Source: an uncultured Enterobacteriaceae bacterium (lineage in GTDB: Bacteria; Pseudomonadota; Gammaproteobacteria; Burkholderiales; SG8-39). Taken from it: 64,000 nucleotides of DNA. The translations under genes were made by a program, and so were the position numbers. This document shows, piece by piece, positions 38,548-47,793 of this stretch. The notes under the pieces were generated by a model. That model saw only the letters and a program-made list of their open reading frames with translations, did no database searches and was not told the DNA's origin. Location of the stretch: positions 25,685 to 89,684 of the forward strand of contig CAZRMO010000002.1 in NCBI GenBank assembly GCA_964601155.1, read 5' to 3'. Within the stretch, counting starts at the first letter, position 1, and the number at the start of each line of letters is the position of its first letter.

Positions 38548-39807
38548 TTGTCCAGATCAGCCAACCTAGAGCTAGCACTGCACGCCGCCGCAGAAGCGAT
38601 TGCACAGGTACGCGCCGGTCGCAGTCTGCCCGAGGCGCTGTCCGGGCTGGAGGCAGGCTCGAGCCTGGGCGCTGCCGTGCAGGACCTGGCCTACGGCGCC
38701 TTGCGCAACCTCGGCCTTCTGGACGCCCTCCTGGCTGAGTTGCTGCGCAAGCCGGTCAAACCGGCCGTACACGCTGTCCTGCTCGCCGCGCTTTACCAGT
38801 TGCGCGCGCGGCCGCGGACCAGCCATACCACCGTGGATCAGGCGGTGCGCGCGGTATCGCGCATCGAGCCCGCGGCCAAAGGCTTGGCCAACGCCGTGCT
38901 GCGCAACTATCTGCGTGAGGCGGACGCGCTGGTCGCACGCTGCAACTCCGAAACCGCGCATTATTCCTACCCGCAGTGGTGGATAGACCGCGTGCGCACC
39001 GCCTGGCCGCAGCAGTGGGAGTCGATTCTGAACGCCGGCAACCTGCACCCGCCGATGAGCTTGCGCGTCAACCGGCGCCGCCTCACGGCCGAGCAGTATC
39101 TGGCCAGGCTGGGCGAGCGCGGCCTCGTCGGCGAGCGCCTCGGCGCGCACGCGATCCTGCTTGAACGCCCGCTGCGGATCGAGTCGATTCCGGGTTTCGC
39201 TGCCGGAGAGGTGTCGGTACAGGACGCCGGCGCCCAACTCGCCGCGCCGCTGCTCGACGTACGACCCGGCATGCGCGTGCTCGACGCCTGCGCCGCGCCT
39301 GGCGGCAAAGCGGGCCACATCCTGGAACTTGCCGATTGCAGTCTCACCGCACTGGACAGCGACCCGACGCGCGTGCCGCGCATCAGCGACAACCTGGCAC
39401 GCCTCGGCTTTTCGGCGCGGGTCGTCTGCGGCGACTGCGCCTCCCCCGCCGGCTGGTCCGACGGCGGACTGTTCGAACGCATCCTGCTCGACGCCCCCTG
39501 CACCGCATCCGGCGTGGTCAAGCGCCACCCCGACATCAAATGGCTGCGCCGCGACGGCGACATCCAGCGGCTCGCGGCAACCCAGGGCCGAATGCTGGAC
39601 GCACTGTGGCAACTCCTGGCGCCGGGTGGTAAATTGTTGTATGCGACGTGCTCGGTGTTCCCGCAGGAAAACGCACAGACGGTCGCGTCCTTCCTGGCGC
39701 GCTGCGGCGACGCCCGCCACCTGCCGCTGGCGGAACCGGAGGACGGACAACTCCTGCCCGATGCGCGGCACGACGGTTTTTTCTATGCCCTGCTGGAAAA
39801 AATTTAG
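38548..39807 (+). CDS. rsmB: 16S rRNA (cytosine967-C5)-methyltransferase
   Basis: NusB-like N-terminus. DACAAPGGK SAM site, with catalytic Cys contexts PCTASGV and ATCS. TTG start is uncertain. Confidence 0.88.
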   Translation: MSRSANLELALHAAAEAIAQVRAGRSLPEALSGLEAGSSLGAAVQDLAYGALRNLGLLDALLAELLRKPVKPAVHAVLLAALYQLRARPRTSHTTVDQAVRAVSRIEPAAKGLANAVLRNYLREADALVARCNSETAHYSYPQWWIDRVRTAWPQQWESILNAGNLHPPMSLRVNRRRLTAEQYLARLGERGLVGERLGAHAILLERPLRIESIPGFAAGEVSVQDAGAQLAAPLLDVRPGMRVLDACAAPGGKAGHILELADCSLTALDSDPTRVPRISDNLARLGFSARVVCGDCASPAGWSDGGLFERILLDAPCTASGVVKRHPDIKWLRRDGDIQRLAATQGRMLDALWQLLAPGGKLLYATCSVFPQENAQTVASFLARCGDARHLPLAEPEDGQLLPDARHDGFFYALLEKI

Positions 39808-39895
39808 ACGTCCGTCAGTAAATATCGGGAGATCTTCCCTCGTGTTCCTCTGGATCAGCCCGCGGCAAAATACATTTTGCCGTGGGTTCTAGAAT

Positions 39896-40477
39896 ATGAG
39901 CCTGCGGCTGCTCGTGTCGCTGCTGCTGGCGCTGGTGCTAGGCTGGTCCGCACCGGCACGCGCCCAGAACATTGAAATCACCCATATTTCTCTCGAAGGC
40001 AACGACGCAGGCTACGCTCTCGATGCCGACTTTGAAATTAGCCTGACCCCGCGGCTCGAGGACGCCATCAACAACGGCGTCCCAGTGTATTTCGAGGTTG
40101 ATTTCGAACTCACGCGCAAACGCTGGTACTGGTTCGACGAACGTTCCGTCAGCCGGCAGTTGATGTTGCGCCTGTCCTACCACGCGCTCACGCGCCAATA
40201 CCGCGTTTCGAGCGGCGCCCTGTACCAGGCCTTTTCCACTCTGCCGGAGGCGCTGCGCGTGCTGTCCCGGGTGCGTTCCTGGGAGGTGCTGAAGCGCGCT
40301 GAACTGAACGCCGGCACCGAATACCAGGCTGGGCTGCGCATGCGCCTGGACGTGACGCAGCTGCCCAAGCCGTTCCAGCTGGATGCGCTCACCAACCGAG
40401 AATGGAATTTGACCTCCGAATGGCAGCACTGGCCGTTCCGGGTCAAGGCGCCGGTGACGGAGAAGACGCCGCAATGA
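39896..40477 (+). CDS. DUF4390-like secreted protein
   Basis: Signal peptide MSLRLLVSLLLALVLGWSAPARA. Conserved position between rsmB and the NtrY-like kinase. Family recalled from memory. Confidence 0.7.
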   Translation: MSLRLLVSLLLALVLGWSAPARAQNIEITHISLEGNDAGYALDADFEISLTPRLEDAINNGVPVYFEVDFELTRKRWYWFDERSVSRQLMLRLSYHALTRQYRVSSGALYQAFSTLPEALRVLSRVRSWEVLKRAELNAGTEYQAGLRMRLDVTQLPKPFQLDALTNREWNLTSEWQHWPFRVKAPVTEKTPQ

Positions 40478-42585
40478 AATATGTGCTCATCTTCAGCGTG
40501 GCGCTGGGCGCGATTCTGCTGTTCCTGCTGGCGGCGGCGAGCGGCAACACCGAGTTGTTCTCGCACAATTATGCGCTGTTGCTCGGCCTGAACGTGGCGC
40601 TGGCCGCCGCGCTGCTGGCGTTGATCGGCTATCAATTGTGGGTGCTCACGAGCAAGCTGCGCAAGCGCGTGTTCGGCTCGCGATTGACGCTGCGCTTTGT
40701 GCTCATGTTTCTACCTATGGTCATCGTGCCCGGCGGTCTCGTCTATGTGGTATCGGTGCAGTTCATGGCAAAAAGCATCGAATCCTGGTTCGACGTGCGC
40801 GTCGATAACGCGCTCGAGGGCGGGCTCAACCTCGGCCGCACCGCGCTCGATATGCTGCTGACGGAACTGCACGACAAGGCAGAGCGCATGGCGCTCGCGC
40901 TGTCCGACAAGACCGCGGCGCAGCAGGTGGTGCTGCTGGACCAGCTGCGCGAACAGGCGGGCGTCGACAATGCGCTGCTGTTGTCCTCAGGCGGCGACGT
41001 CATCGCCAGCGCCAGCAAAGGCGTGGGCAATCTCCTGCCGTACATGCCCAGCGCCATCATCCAGCGCCAGGCGCGGCAGGCGCGCAGTTATTCCGCGATC
41101 GAGAGCGAGCCCGACAAGAGCTTGAGCCTGCGCGTGCTGGTTCCGGTGGCCGCCCTCAGCATCGCCGAGGACGAGCGTCTGCTGCAGCTGGTGCAACCGG
41201 TGCCGCCGGCGCTGGCGCACGACGCGGAGGCGGTGCAAGAGGTATACCGCGACTACAAGGAGCTGTCGCTGTCGCGCCAGGGCCTGAAGGAAATCTATAT
41301 TCTCACGCTCACCCTGACGCTGTTGCTGACGCTGTTCTCCGCCACCGCGCTCGCCTTCCTGCTCTCGTCGCGCCTGTCGGAACCCCTGGCGCTGCTTGCC
41401 GCGGGCACCCAGGCGGTGGCGCGCGGCGACTACAGCCGTCGCGCGCAAGTCACCAGCAGCGACGAGCTGGGCATCCTCACCCAATCGTTCAACAGCATGA
41501 CCGAGCAGTTGGACGATGCGCGCACGGCCGCCGAATCGCACCGCGCCGAGCTGGAAACCGCCAAGGCTTATCTGGAAAACATCCTGGCCAATCTTTCTGC
41601 CGGCGTGCTGGTATTGGATGAACAGTTGCGCCTGGGCACCGTCAATCACGGTGCCGGCGCCATTCTGCAGGAGACATTCGAAGACCTCAAAGGCCGGTCG
41701 CTCGCCGATTGGCCGCGGCTGCAACCGCTCGCGCACGCCATCGTCGAAGGTTTCAAACGGCACGGCGCCGATACCTGGCAACAGCAGCTGGAGCTGGCCG
41801 AGCGCACGCTGCTGGTGCGCGGCTCGGTTCTGCCGCGAGCGAGCGGCGGCGGCTACGTGATCGTGTTCGACGACGTCACTAAGCTGATCGAGGCGCAGCG
41901 CGCAACCGCCTGGGGCGAAGTGGCGCGGCGTCTGGCACACGAGATCAAGAATCCGCTCACGCCGATTCAACTCTCGGCCGAGCGTCTGCTGGCGAAGCTC
42001 GAGAACAAGCTCGCGCCCGAGGACGCGGCCACGCTCAACCGGGCCGCGGCGACCATCGTCAACCAGGTTGCGGCAATGAAGGGGATGGTGGACGACTTCG
42101 GCGAGTATGCGCGCACGCCCGCGCCCCAGCTGCAAGCGCTGGACCTGAACGCGCTGGTAGCCGAAGTGCTCGGCCTGTACGAGCATACGGGCGCGCTGGT
42201 GCAGACCGTATTGCAGGCGGGGCTGCCGCAGGTTAGGGGCGACCCGACGCAATTGCGCCAAGTGATACACAATCTGCTGCAAAACGCCCAGGACGCACTC
42301 GCCGGGAGCGCCGGCCCGCGCATCGAGGTCGTGACCGAGCGCGCCGGCAACCGCGCCTGCCTCAGAATCAGCGACAATGGCTGCGGCTTTCCCGCGGCCA
42401 TCATGGCGCGCGTGTTCGATCCCTATGTCACCACCAAACCCCGGGGAACCGGACTGGGCCTGGCGATCGTGAAGAAGATCATCGAAGAGCACAATGGCGC
42501 AGTCAGCGTGGAAAACCTGCCCAGGCACGGCGCCAGCGTCAGCATCACGCTGCCGCTGCAAGCCGATTCGACAAGGACAAGTTAG
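40474..42585 (+). CDS. NtrY-like sensor histidine kinase (TM-HAMP-PAS-HisKA-HATPase)
   Basis: ATG 40474 overlaps the upstream stop (ATGA). H-box LAHEIKNPLTPIQL and G-box GTGLGLAIVKK. Confidence 0.85.
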   Translation: MKYVLIFSVALGAILLFLLAAASGNTELFSHNYALLLGLNVALAAALLALIGYQLWVLTSKLRKRVFGSRLTLRFVLMFLPMVIVPGGLVYVVSVQFMAKSIESWFDVRVDNALEGGLNLGRTALDMLLTELHDKAERMALALSDKTAAQQVVLLDQLREQAGVDNALLLSSGGDVIASASKGVGNLLPYMPSAIIQRQARQARSYSAIESEPDKSLSLRVLVPVAALSIAEDERLLQLVQPVPPALAHDAEAVQEVYRDYKELSLSRQGLKEIYILTLTLTLLLTLFSATALAFLLSSRLSEPLALLAAGTQAVARGDYSRRAQVTSSDELGILTQSFNSMTEQLDDARTAAESHRAELETAKAYLENILANLSAGVLVLDEQLRLGTVNHGAGAILQETFEDLKGRSLADWPRLQPLAHAIVEGFKRHGADTWQQQLELAERTLLVRGSVLPRASGGGYVIVFDDVTKLIEAQRATAWGEVARRLAHEIKNPLTPIQLSAERLLAKLENKLAPEDAATLNRAAATIVNQVAAMKGMVDDFGEYARTPAPQLQALDLNALVAEVLGLYEHTGALVQTVLQAGLPQVRGDPTQLRQVIHNLLQNAQDALAGSAGPRIEVVTERAGNRACLRISDNGCGFPAAIMARVFDPYVTTKPRGTGLGLAIVKKIIEEHNGAVSVENLPRHGASVSITLPLQADSTRTS

Positions 42586-43832
42586 TGCCCCAAATTCTGG
42601 TCGTCGACGACGAAATCGGCATCCGCGAACTGCTGTCGGAGATCCTCGCCGACGAGGGTCACACGGTGCAGCTGGCGCAAAACGCAGCGCGTGCGCGTGC
42701 GCTGCGCGCCGCGGAGCGCCCGGATCTGGTACTGCTCGACATCTGGATGCCCGATACAGACGGCATTACCCTGCTCAAGGAATGGGCGGCGAACGGCCAG
42801 CTAACCATGCCGGTAGTTATGATGTCCGGGCACGGCACCATCGAAACCGCGGTAGAGGCCACACGCATCGGCGCCATCGATTTTCTGGAAAAGCCGATTG
42901 CATTGCAAAAGCTGCTGGCCACGGTGAAGCGCGCACTGCGACACGCAGACGGCCAGCCGCAGGCTGGTCTCACGCTGCTCAGCCTGGGCCGCTCGCCCGT
43001 GCTGGCCGAACTGCGCAAGCGCCTCGCGCAGGTGGCGACCATGTCGATGCCGGTGCTGCTGCGCGGGGAACCGGGCGTCATGCCGGAGCTGTTCGCGCGC
43101 TACCTGCACCAGCCTAATACACCCTGGGTGGTGGCGGGCGCAGCGCTGGCCGACGCGCCGCAGGACTTGCTGACGCAGGCCGCCAGTGGCCTGCTTTTCG
43201 TCGAAGAGCTGGCGGCGCTCACCCGGGCGCAGCAAAAGAATCTGGCCTTGATCCTGGGCAAACAGGAAAAAACCAAAACGCGCATCGTCTCCTTCACCGT
43301 CGAGGAGCCGGCGCGCCTCGTCGCAGAGCTCGGATTCGACGCTGGCCTGCTCACGCGCCTGTCCGAGCTGTCGCTGCCGCTGCCGGCGCTGCGCGAGCAC
43401 GCCGAGGACATTCCCGACATTGCCGGCATTTTGCTGGCGCAGTTGGTCGAGGCCAAGAGTTGCCCTCCCCGTCATTTTTCCACCGCCGCGCTCAATGCCC
43501 TGCGCCAGTTCCACTGGCCGCACAACCTGCAAGACCTGCAGGGCGCGGTGAAGAACCTGGCGCTCACCGCGCTGGAGGAGGAAATCGGCGCGGCCGACGT
43601 GGAGCGGGTGGCGGCGCAGTTTCATCCGGCTGCAGACGCACAAGTCGCTCTACCGCTGGCGCTGCCGCTGCGCGAGGCGCGCGAAGCATTTGAGCGCGCT
43701 TATTTCGAACAGCTGTTGGCGCGCGAGGCCGGGTCGATCGCGCGCGTGGCCGAGAAGAGCGGCCTGGAACGCACTCATCTTTACCGCAAGCTCAAGGCAC
43801 TTGGAATCGCGCCCGGCAAAAAGGAAGAATAG
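42585..43832 (+). CDS. NtrX-like response regulator with degenerate AAA+ core and Fis-type HTH
   Basis: GTG 42585 overlaps the kinase stop (TAGTG). Receiver domain (VLLDIWMPDTDG). The central domain has GEPGVMPE in place of GESGTGKE and lacks GAFTGA. C-terminal HTH IARVAEKSGLERTHLYRKLK. Confidence 0.8.
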   Translation: MPQILVVDDEIGIRELLSEILADEGHTVQLAQNAARARALRAAERPDLVLLDIWMPDTDGITLLKEWAANGQLTMPVVMMSGHGTIETAVEATRIGAIDFLEKPIALQKLLATVKRALRHADGQPQAGLTLLSLGRSPVLAELRKRLAQVATMSMPVLLRGEPGVMPELFARYLHQPNTPWVVAGAALADAPQDLLTQAASGLLFVEELAALTRAQQKNLALILGKQEKTKTRIVSFTVEEPARLVAELGFDAGLLTRLSELSLPLPALREHAEDIPDIAGILLAQLVEAKSCPPRHFSTAALNALRQFHWPHNLQDLQGAVKNLALTALEEEIGAADVERVAAQFHPAADAQVALPLALPLREAREAFERAYFEQLLAREAGSIARVAEKSGLERTHLYRKLKALGIAPGKKEE

Positions 43833-43946
43833 GCTACTGCTTTGCGCGGCGGCAAAAAAGCATAAAATGCTGTCGGTCAGCCATCAAGTTTCCGCCTCGG
43901 CGTAGCGCAGCAGAAATCACCGCTGACAGTATTCAGGGGAGCAACA

Positions 43947-45320
43947 TTGAAAATTATCATCCTCGGCGCGGGTCAGGTCGGTACCAGCGTCGCAGAAAGT
44001 CTGGTTTCCGAGGCGAATGACATCACCGTCGTGGATGTCGACGGTGCGCGCCTGCGCCTGTTGCAGGACCGGCTGGACCTGCGCACGGTCATCGGCAGCG
44101 CGGCGCATCCGCCGGTTCTGAAAGAGGCCGGCATCGACGACGCCGACATGCTGATCGCGGTAACTCAAAGCGACGAGACCAACCTTGTTGCCTGCAAAAT
44201 CGCTGCGCACCTGTATAACGTTCCCACCCGCATCGCGCGCATCCGCGCCCCGCAGTACCTCGCCAACGCGCAGCTGTTCGCAGCGGACTGCTTTGCCGTC
44301 GATTACGCTATTTGCCCGGAGCAACTGATCACGGAATACCTGGTCAAGCTGGTGCAATTTCCAGAGGCGTTGCAGGTGCTCGAATTTGCCGATGGCCGCG
44401 TGAGCCTGGTGGCCGTGCGCGCGTTTCCGGGCGGAACACTGGTGGGTCACCAGCTGCAGGACATCCGCACGCACATACCCGGCGTGGATGTGCGCGTCGC
44501 CGCGATTTTCCGCGGCGACCGCCCGATCGTACCCGAGGGCACGACGGTGGTCGAGGCCGGCGACGAAGTGTTCTGCCTCGCCGCCAGCCAGAATATCCGC
44601 AAGGTGATGCAGGAACTGCGCCGCCAGGACAAGCCCGTGCGCCGGGTCATGATCGCCGGCGGCGGCAACATCGGCCTGAGGCTGGCACGCGCGCTCGAGC
44701 GCGATTACACGGTAAAGGTCGTCGAGCACGACAAGCGCCGCTGCGAAGAGTTGTCGACGCGGCTCGATACGACGCTGGTGCTGCAGGGCGACGTCACCGA
44801 TGAATTGCTGCTCGAAGCCGAGAACGTCGAGGAGATGGATCTGTTCGTCGCCGTTACCAATGACGACGAAAACAACATCATGAGCTGCCTGCTCGCCAAG
44901 CGCATGGGCGCGCGCCGGGTCGTCGCCCTGATCAACCGGCGCTCGTACGTGGACCTGCTGCAATCGGGGCAGATCGACATCGCCATCTCCCCGGCTCAGG
45001 CGACCATAGGCTCGCTGCTGGCGCGGGTGCGCCGCGGCGACATCACCGAGGTGCACTCGCTGCGCCGCGGCGCGGCGGAGGCCCTCGAAGCGGTGGTGCA
45101 CGGCGATGCGACGTCGTGCCGCGTGGTTGGCCGCCAAATAGACCAAATCGAATTGCCCAAGGGCACGACCATCGCCGCGGTGGTACGCGGCGACGAGGTG
45201 CTGATGGCGCACCACGATACCGTGATCCAGACCGAGGACCACGCCATCGTCTTCGTCACCAACAAGAAAATGGTGCCCAAGGTGGAAAAGCTATTCCAGG
45301 TCAGCGCAGGCTTTCTCTGA
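43947..45320 (+). CDS. trkA: Trk potassium uptake system NAD-binding protein
   Basis: Two Rossmann motifs, ILGAGQVG and IAGGGNIG. TTG start preceded by AGGGGAG. Followed by trkH. Confidence 0.93.
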   Translation: MKIIILGAGQVGTSVAESLVSEANDITVVDVDGARLRLLQDRLDLRTVIGSAAHPPVLKEAGIDDADMLIAVTQSDETNLVACKIAAHLYNVPTRIARIRAPQYLANAQLFAADCFAVDYAICPEQLITEYLVKLVQFPEALQVLEFADGRVSLVAVRAFPGGTLVGHQLQDIRTHIPGVDVRVAAIFRGDRPIVPEGTTVVEAGDEVFCLAASQNIRKVMQELRRQDKPVRRVMIAGGGNIGLRLARALERDYTVKVVEHDKRRCEELSTRLDTTLVLQGDVTDELLLEAENVEEMDLFVAVTNDDENNIMSCLLAKRMGARRVVALINRRSYVDLLQSGQIDIAISPAQATIGSLLARVRRGDITEVHSLRRGAAEALEAVVHGDATSCRVVGRQIDQIELPKGTTIAAVVRGDEVLMAHHDTVIQTEDHAIVFVTNKKMVPKVEKLFQVSAGFL

Positions 45321-45336
45321 GTTAAGAACGCCTCCC

Positions 45337-46794
45337 ATGGTTCGGATTCTTGCCGTTCTCAACGTGCTGAGCGTAGTCATCATGATTTTCGCTCTGTGCC
45401 TGTTTTTCCCGCTCGCCTGGTCGTTCATTCTCGGCGATGCTGCGCGCGCCGCCTACGACGAAGCAATTTTGCTGACCGCGTCTTCCGGTGCGCTGCTGTG
45501 GGCGATGACGCGCAAGAAACGGCGCGAACTGCAGCCGCGCGACGGTTTTCTCCTGGTGGTGTTGGTGTGGACCGTACTGCCCGCCTTCGCCACGCTGCCG
45601 CTGCTGCTCTACCTGCCACATCTTTCTTTCACCCATGCCTACTTCGAGACGGTTTCCGGCCTCACCACGACCGGGGCGACGGTACTCTCCGGCCTGGACG
45701 CGCTGCCGCCGTCGATCAACATCTGGCGCACCTTTCTCGTCTGGATCGGCGGCATGGGTGTAATCGTGCTGGCGGTGGCCATCCTGCCCTTGCTGGGCGT
45801 GGGCGGCAGCCAGATCTACAAGGCCGAGACGCCCGGGCCGATGAAAGACACGAAGCTGACACCGCGCATTGCCGAAACCGCGAAGGGCCTGTGGCTGGTG
45901 TATTTCATGATCACCGTTGCCTGCCTCCTGTGCTACCGGATCGCCGGCATGAACTGGCTCGACGCCATGATGCATGCCTTCAGCACGATGGGCCTGGGTG
46001 CCTTCTCCTCGCACGACGCGAGCTTTGCCTACTGGAACTCGCCGGCAATCGAAATGGTCTCCATCTATTTCATGCTGCTCGCGGGCATGAACTTCGGCAC
46101 CCACTTTCTCGCCTGGCGGCGCTGGAGCTTCGGTCCGTACGTGCGCGATCCGGAGGCCTGGTTATACCTGCTGGTGGTCTCCGGCAGCGTGTTCGGCATT
46201 GCATATTACCTGCTCGCCAACCACACCTACCCCAATTTCTGGACGGCGCTGCGCTATTCCGCCTTCAACGTGGTTTCCATCGCTACCACCACCGGTTATT
46301 CGAATACCAACTTCAACATGTGGCCGATCTTCGCGCCGATTTGGATGCTGTTTCTGTGCAGCTTCGCCACCTGCTCCGGCTCGACCGGGGGCGGCATCAA
46401 GATGATCCGCGCCGAACTGATGGCGCGCCAGGCGGTGCGCGAATTGACGCGCATCATCCATCCACGTGCCGTGGTGCCGGTAAAACTGGGAGGCGTTCCG
46501 GTGGAGAACAACATCATCTTCGCCGTGCTTGCCTTCATGCTGGTATACATCGGCGCAGTGATCGTCATGACCATGCTGCTCGCGGCTTCCGGCCTGGACA
46601 TCATCACCGCGTTTTCCGCCGTGATCGCGTGCATCAACAACACCGGACCGGGTCTGGGCGGGGTAGGGCCGGCAACGACCTACGCCGGGCTGAACGGTTT
46701 CCAGATATGGATCTGCACCGCCGCCATGCTGCTCGGGCGGCTGGAGCTGTTCACCCTGCTGGTAGTGTTCACCCCCGGCTTCTGGCGCAAATGA
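45337..46794 (+). CDS. trkH: Trk potassium uptake system membrane protein
   Basis: 485 aa polytopic protein with repeated selectivity-filter-like TTTG / TTGYS / SGSTGGG segments. Confidence 0.93.
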   Translation: MVRILAVLNVLSVVIMIFALCLFFPLAWSFILGDAARAAYDEAILLTASSGALLWAMTRKKRRELQPRDGFLLVVLVWTVLPAFATLPLLLYLPHLSFTHAYFETVSGLTTTGATVLSGLDALPPSINIWRTFLVWIGGMGVIVLAVAILPLLGVGGSQIYKAETPGPMKDTKLTPRIAETAKGLWLVYFMITVACLLCYRIAGMNWLDAMMHAFSTMGLGAFSSHDASFAYWNSPAIEMVSIYFMLLAGMNFGTHFLAWRRWSFGPYVRDPEAWLYLLVVSGSVFGIAYYLLANHTYPNFWTALRYSAFNVVSIATTTGYSNTNFNMWPIFAPIWMLFLCSFATCSGSTGGGIKMIRAELMARQAVRELTRIIHPRAVVPVKLGGVPVENNIIFAVLAFMLVYIGAVIVMTMLLAASGLDIITAFSAVIACINNTGPGLGGVGPATTYAGLNGFQIWICTAAMLLGRLELFTLLVVFTPGFWRK

Positions 46795-47310
46795 TCAGCG
46801 CAGCAACTTGAACGAGGTAAGGAACATGTCGATGTCGGCCATGGCCACAGCGCCGCGTGCGCCGACATAGGCGATCTCGTACAGACGATTGCCGGCCACG
46901 ACAAAACGCGCTTTCAGCAGCGCACTGCGCGTGCCGGTCCTGCCTTCAGCGTAGATTTGCCGCCCCGGCAATCCGCCGATCAAGACTGGCTCCTCGGAAT
47001 GCGAACTGGCGCCGATATTGCGCAACAGCGCATCGCGCTCCGCATCCAGCTGCGCGCGTCCGTGATCTCCGGCAAGCGCCCCTGCGGGATAGCCGGCGTA
47101 GGCGACGGCCATGGTTCCGCGCTTAAGGCTGACGGCGTACATGGTCATCGTGACTGCGCCCGCCGTCGTGTCGAGCGTGCGCACCTCGCGGCTCGCTCTG
47201 CCCGGAAGCAGCACCGCAAAACCTCCTTGAGGTACGGACAACTCGCGCCAGTCGAGTTCCGGCGCGCAGGCCGCGAGCGCGAGCACTGCGCAGGTGAGCA
47301 AAAAGCACAT
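46795..47310 (-). CDS. Hypothetical lipoprotein
   Basis: Lipobox LALAAC after MCFLLTCAV. An alternative upstream GTG (about 47340) would add a KR n-region. The stop abuts the trkH stop with zero spacer. Confidence 0.6.
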   Translation of the reverse strand: MCFLLTCAVLALAACAPELDWRELSVPQGGFAVLLPGRASREVRTLDTTAGAVTMTMYAVSLKRGTMAVAYAGYPAGALAGDHGRAQLDAERDALLRNIGASSHSEEPVLIGGLPGRQIYAEGRTGTRSALLKARFVVAGNRLYEIAYVGARGAVAMADIDMFLTSFKLLR

Positions 47311-47423
47311 CAGCCGTTTCGGAGTTTCCGAAACGGCCACCGGCCCGGTGAAACGTGAAAGGCAGTAACCGCTCACTTTGTGATAAGCGCTCGGCGCGCA
47401 GGCTCGCAGCCTCAAGTGTTATC

Positions 47424-47771
47424 TTACTTCGCCGCGATCACCGCAATCTCGACCAGTATGTCGGCGGCGGCGAGCTTGGCTTCGACGCACGCGCGCGCCG
47501 GCAGGCTGGCGGGGTCGACCCAGGCGAGCCAGGCCTGGTTCATTTCCTCGCGCGTGCGGATGTCGGCCAGCCAGATCTGCGCCGAGACGATCTTGGATTT
47601 ATGGCTGCCCGCCCGCGCCAGCAGCGCATCTATCCTGTCGAGGATCTCCTCGGTCTGTGCCTTGACCGTAGCCGGCCGCTTGTCGGCAACGGTGCCGCCG
47701 ACATAAACCATACCGTTCGCTTCGACGGCGCCGGAAAGAATTTTTGCGCTCTGGTGGCGGACGATGCTCAT
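47424..47771 (-). CDS. ridA: RidA/YjgF family reactive-intermediate deaminase
   Basis: 115 aa. C-terminal ARACVEAKL...VEIAVIA is typical of the RidA/L-PSP family. Confidence 0.85.
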   Translation of the reverse strand: MSIVRHQSAKILSGAVEANGMVYVGGTVADKRPATVKAQTEEILDRIDALLARAGSHKSKIVSAQIWLADIRTREEMNQAWLAWVDPASLPARACVEAKLAAADILVEIAVIAAK

Positions 47772-47793
47772 GCTGTGCTCCTTGAGTGGTGGG

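Noticed and set aside
46792-46797. The convergent trkH and lipoprotein genes have directly abutting stop codons (TGA/TCA) with no spacer or terminator.
   Set aside because: Real, but a common packing feature in compact genomes. Nothing further can be inferred from sequence.
45396-46811. Same-strand alternate-frame ORFs overlapping real genes: 45396..46811 versus trkH, 52338..53732 versus the MFS gene, 54866..56071 versus dctQ/dctM, 12770..13831 and 14012..15154 versus the FAD/Fe-S gene, and 20075..20851 versus ubiE.
   Set aside because: The alternative frames give Arg/Pro/Gly-rich sequences without membrane helices or motifs. The chosen frames give coherent transporter or enzyme sequences.
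47314-47336. A perfect 9-bp inverted repeat ccgtttcgg-agttt-ccgaaacgg between ridA and the lipoprotein ATG.
   Set aside because: It could be a ridA terminator, but the U-run is displaced by about 9 nt. It could also lie inside an N-terminally extended lipoprotein frame. Ambiguous and unremarkable either way.
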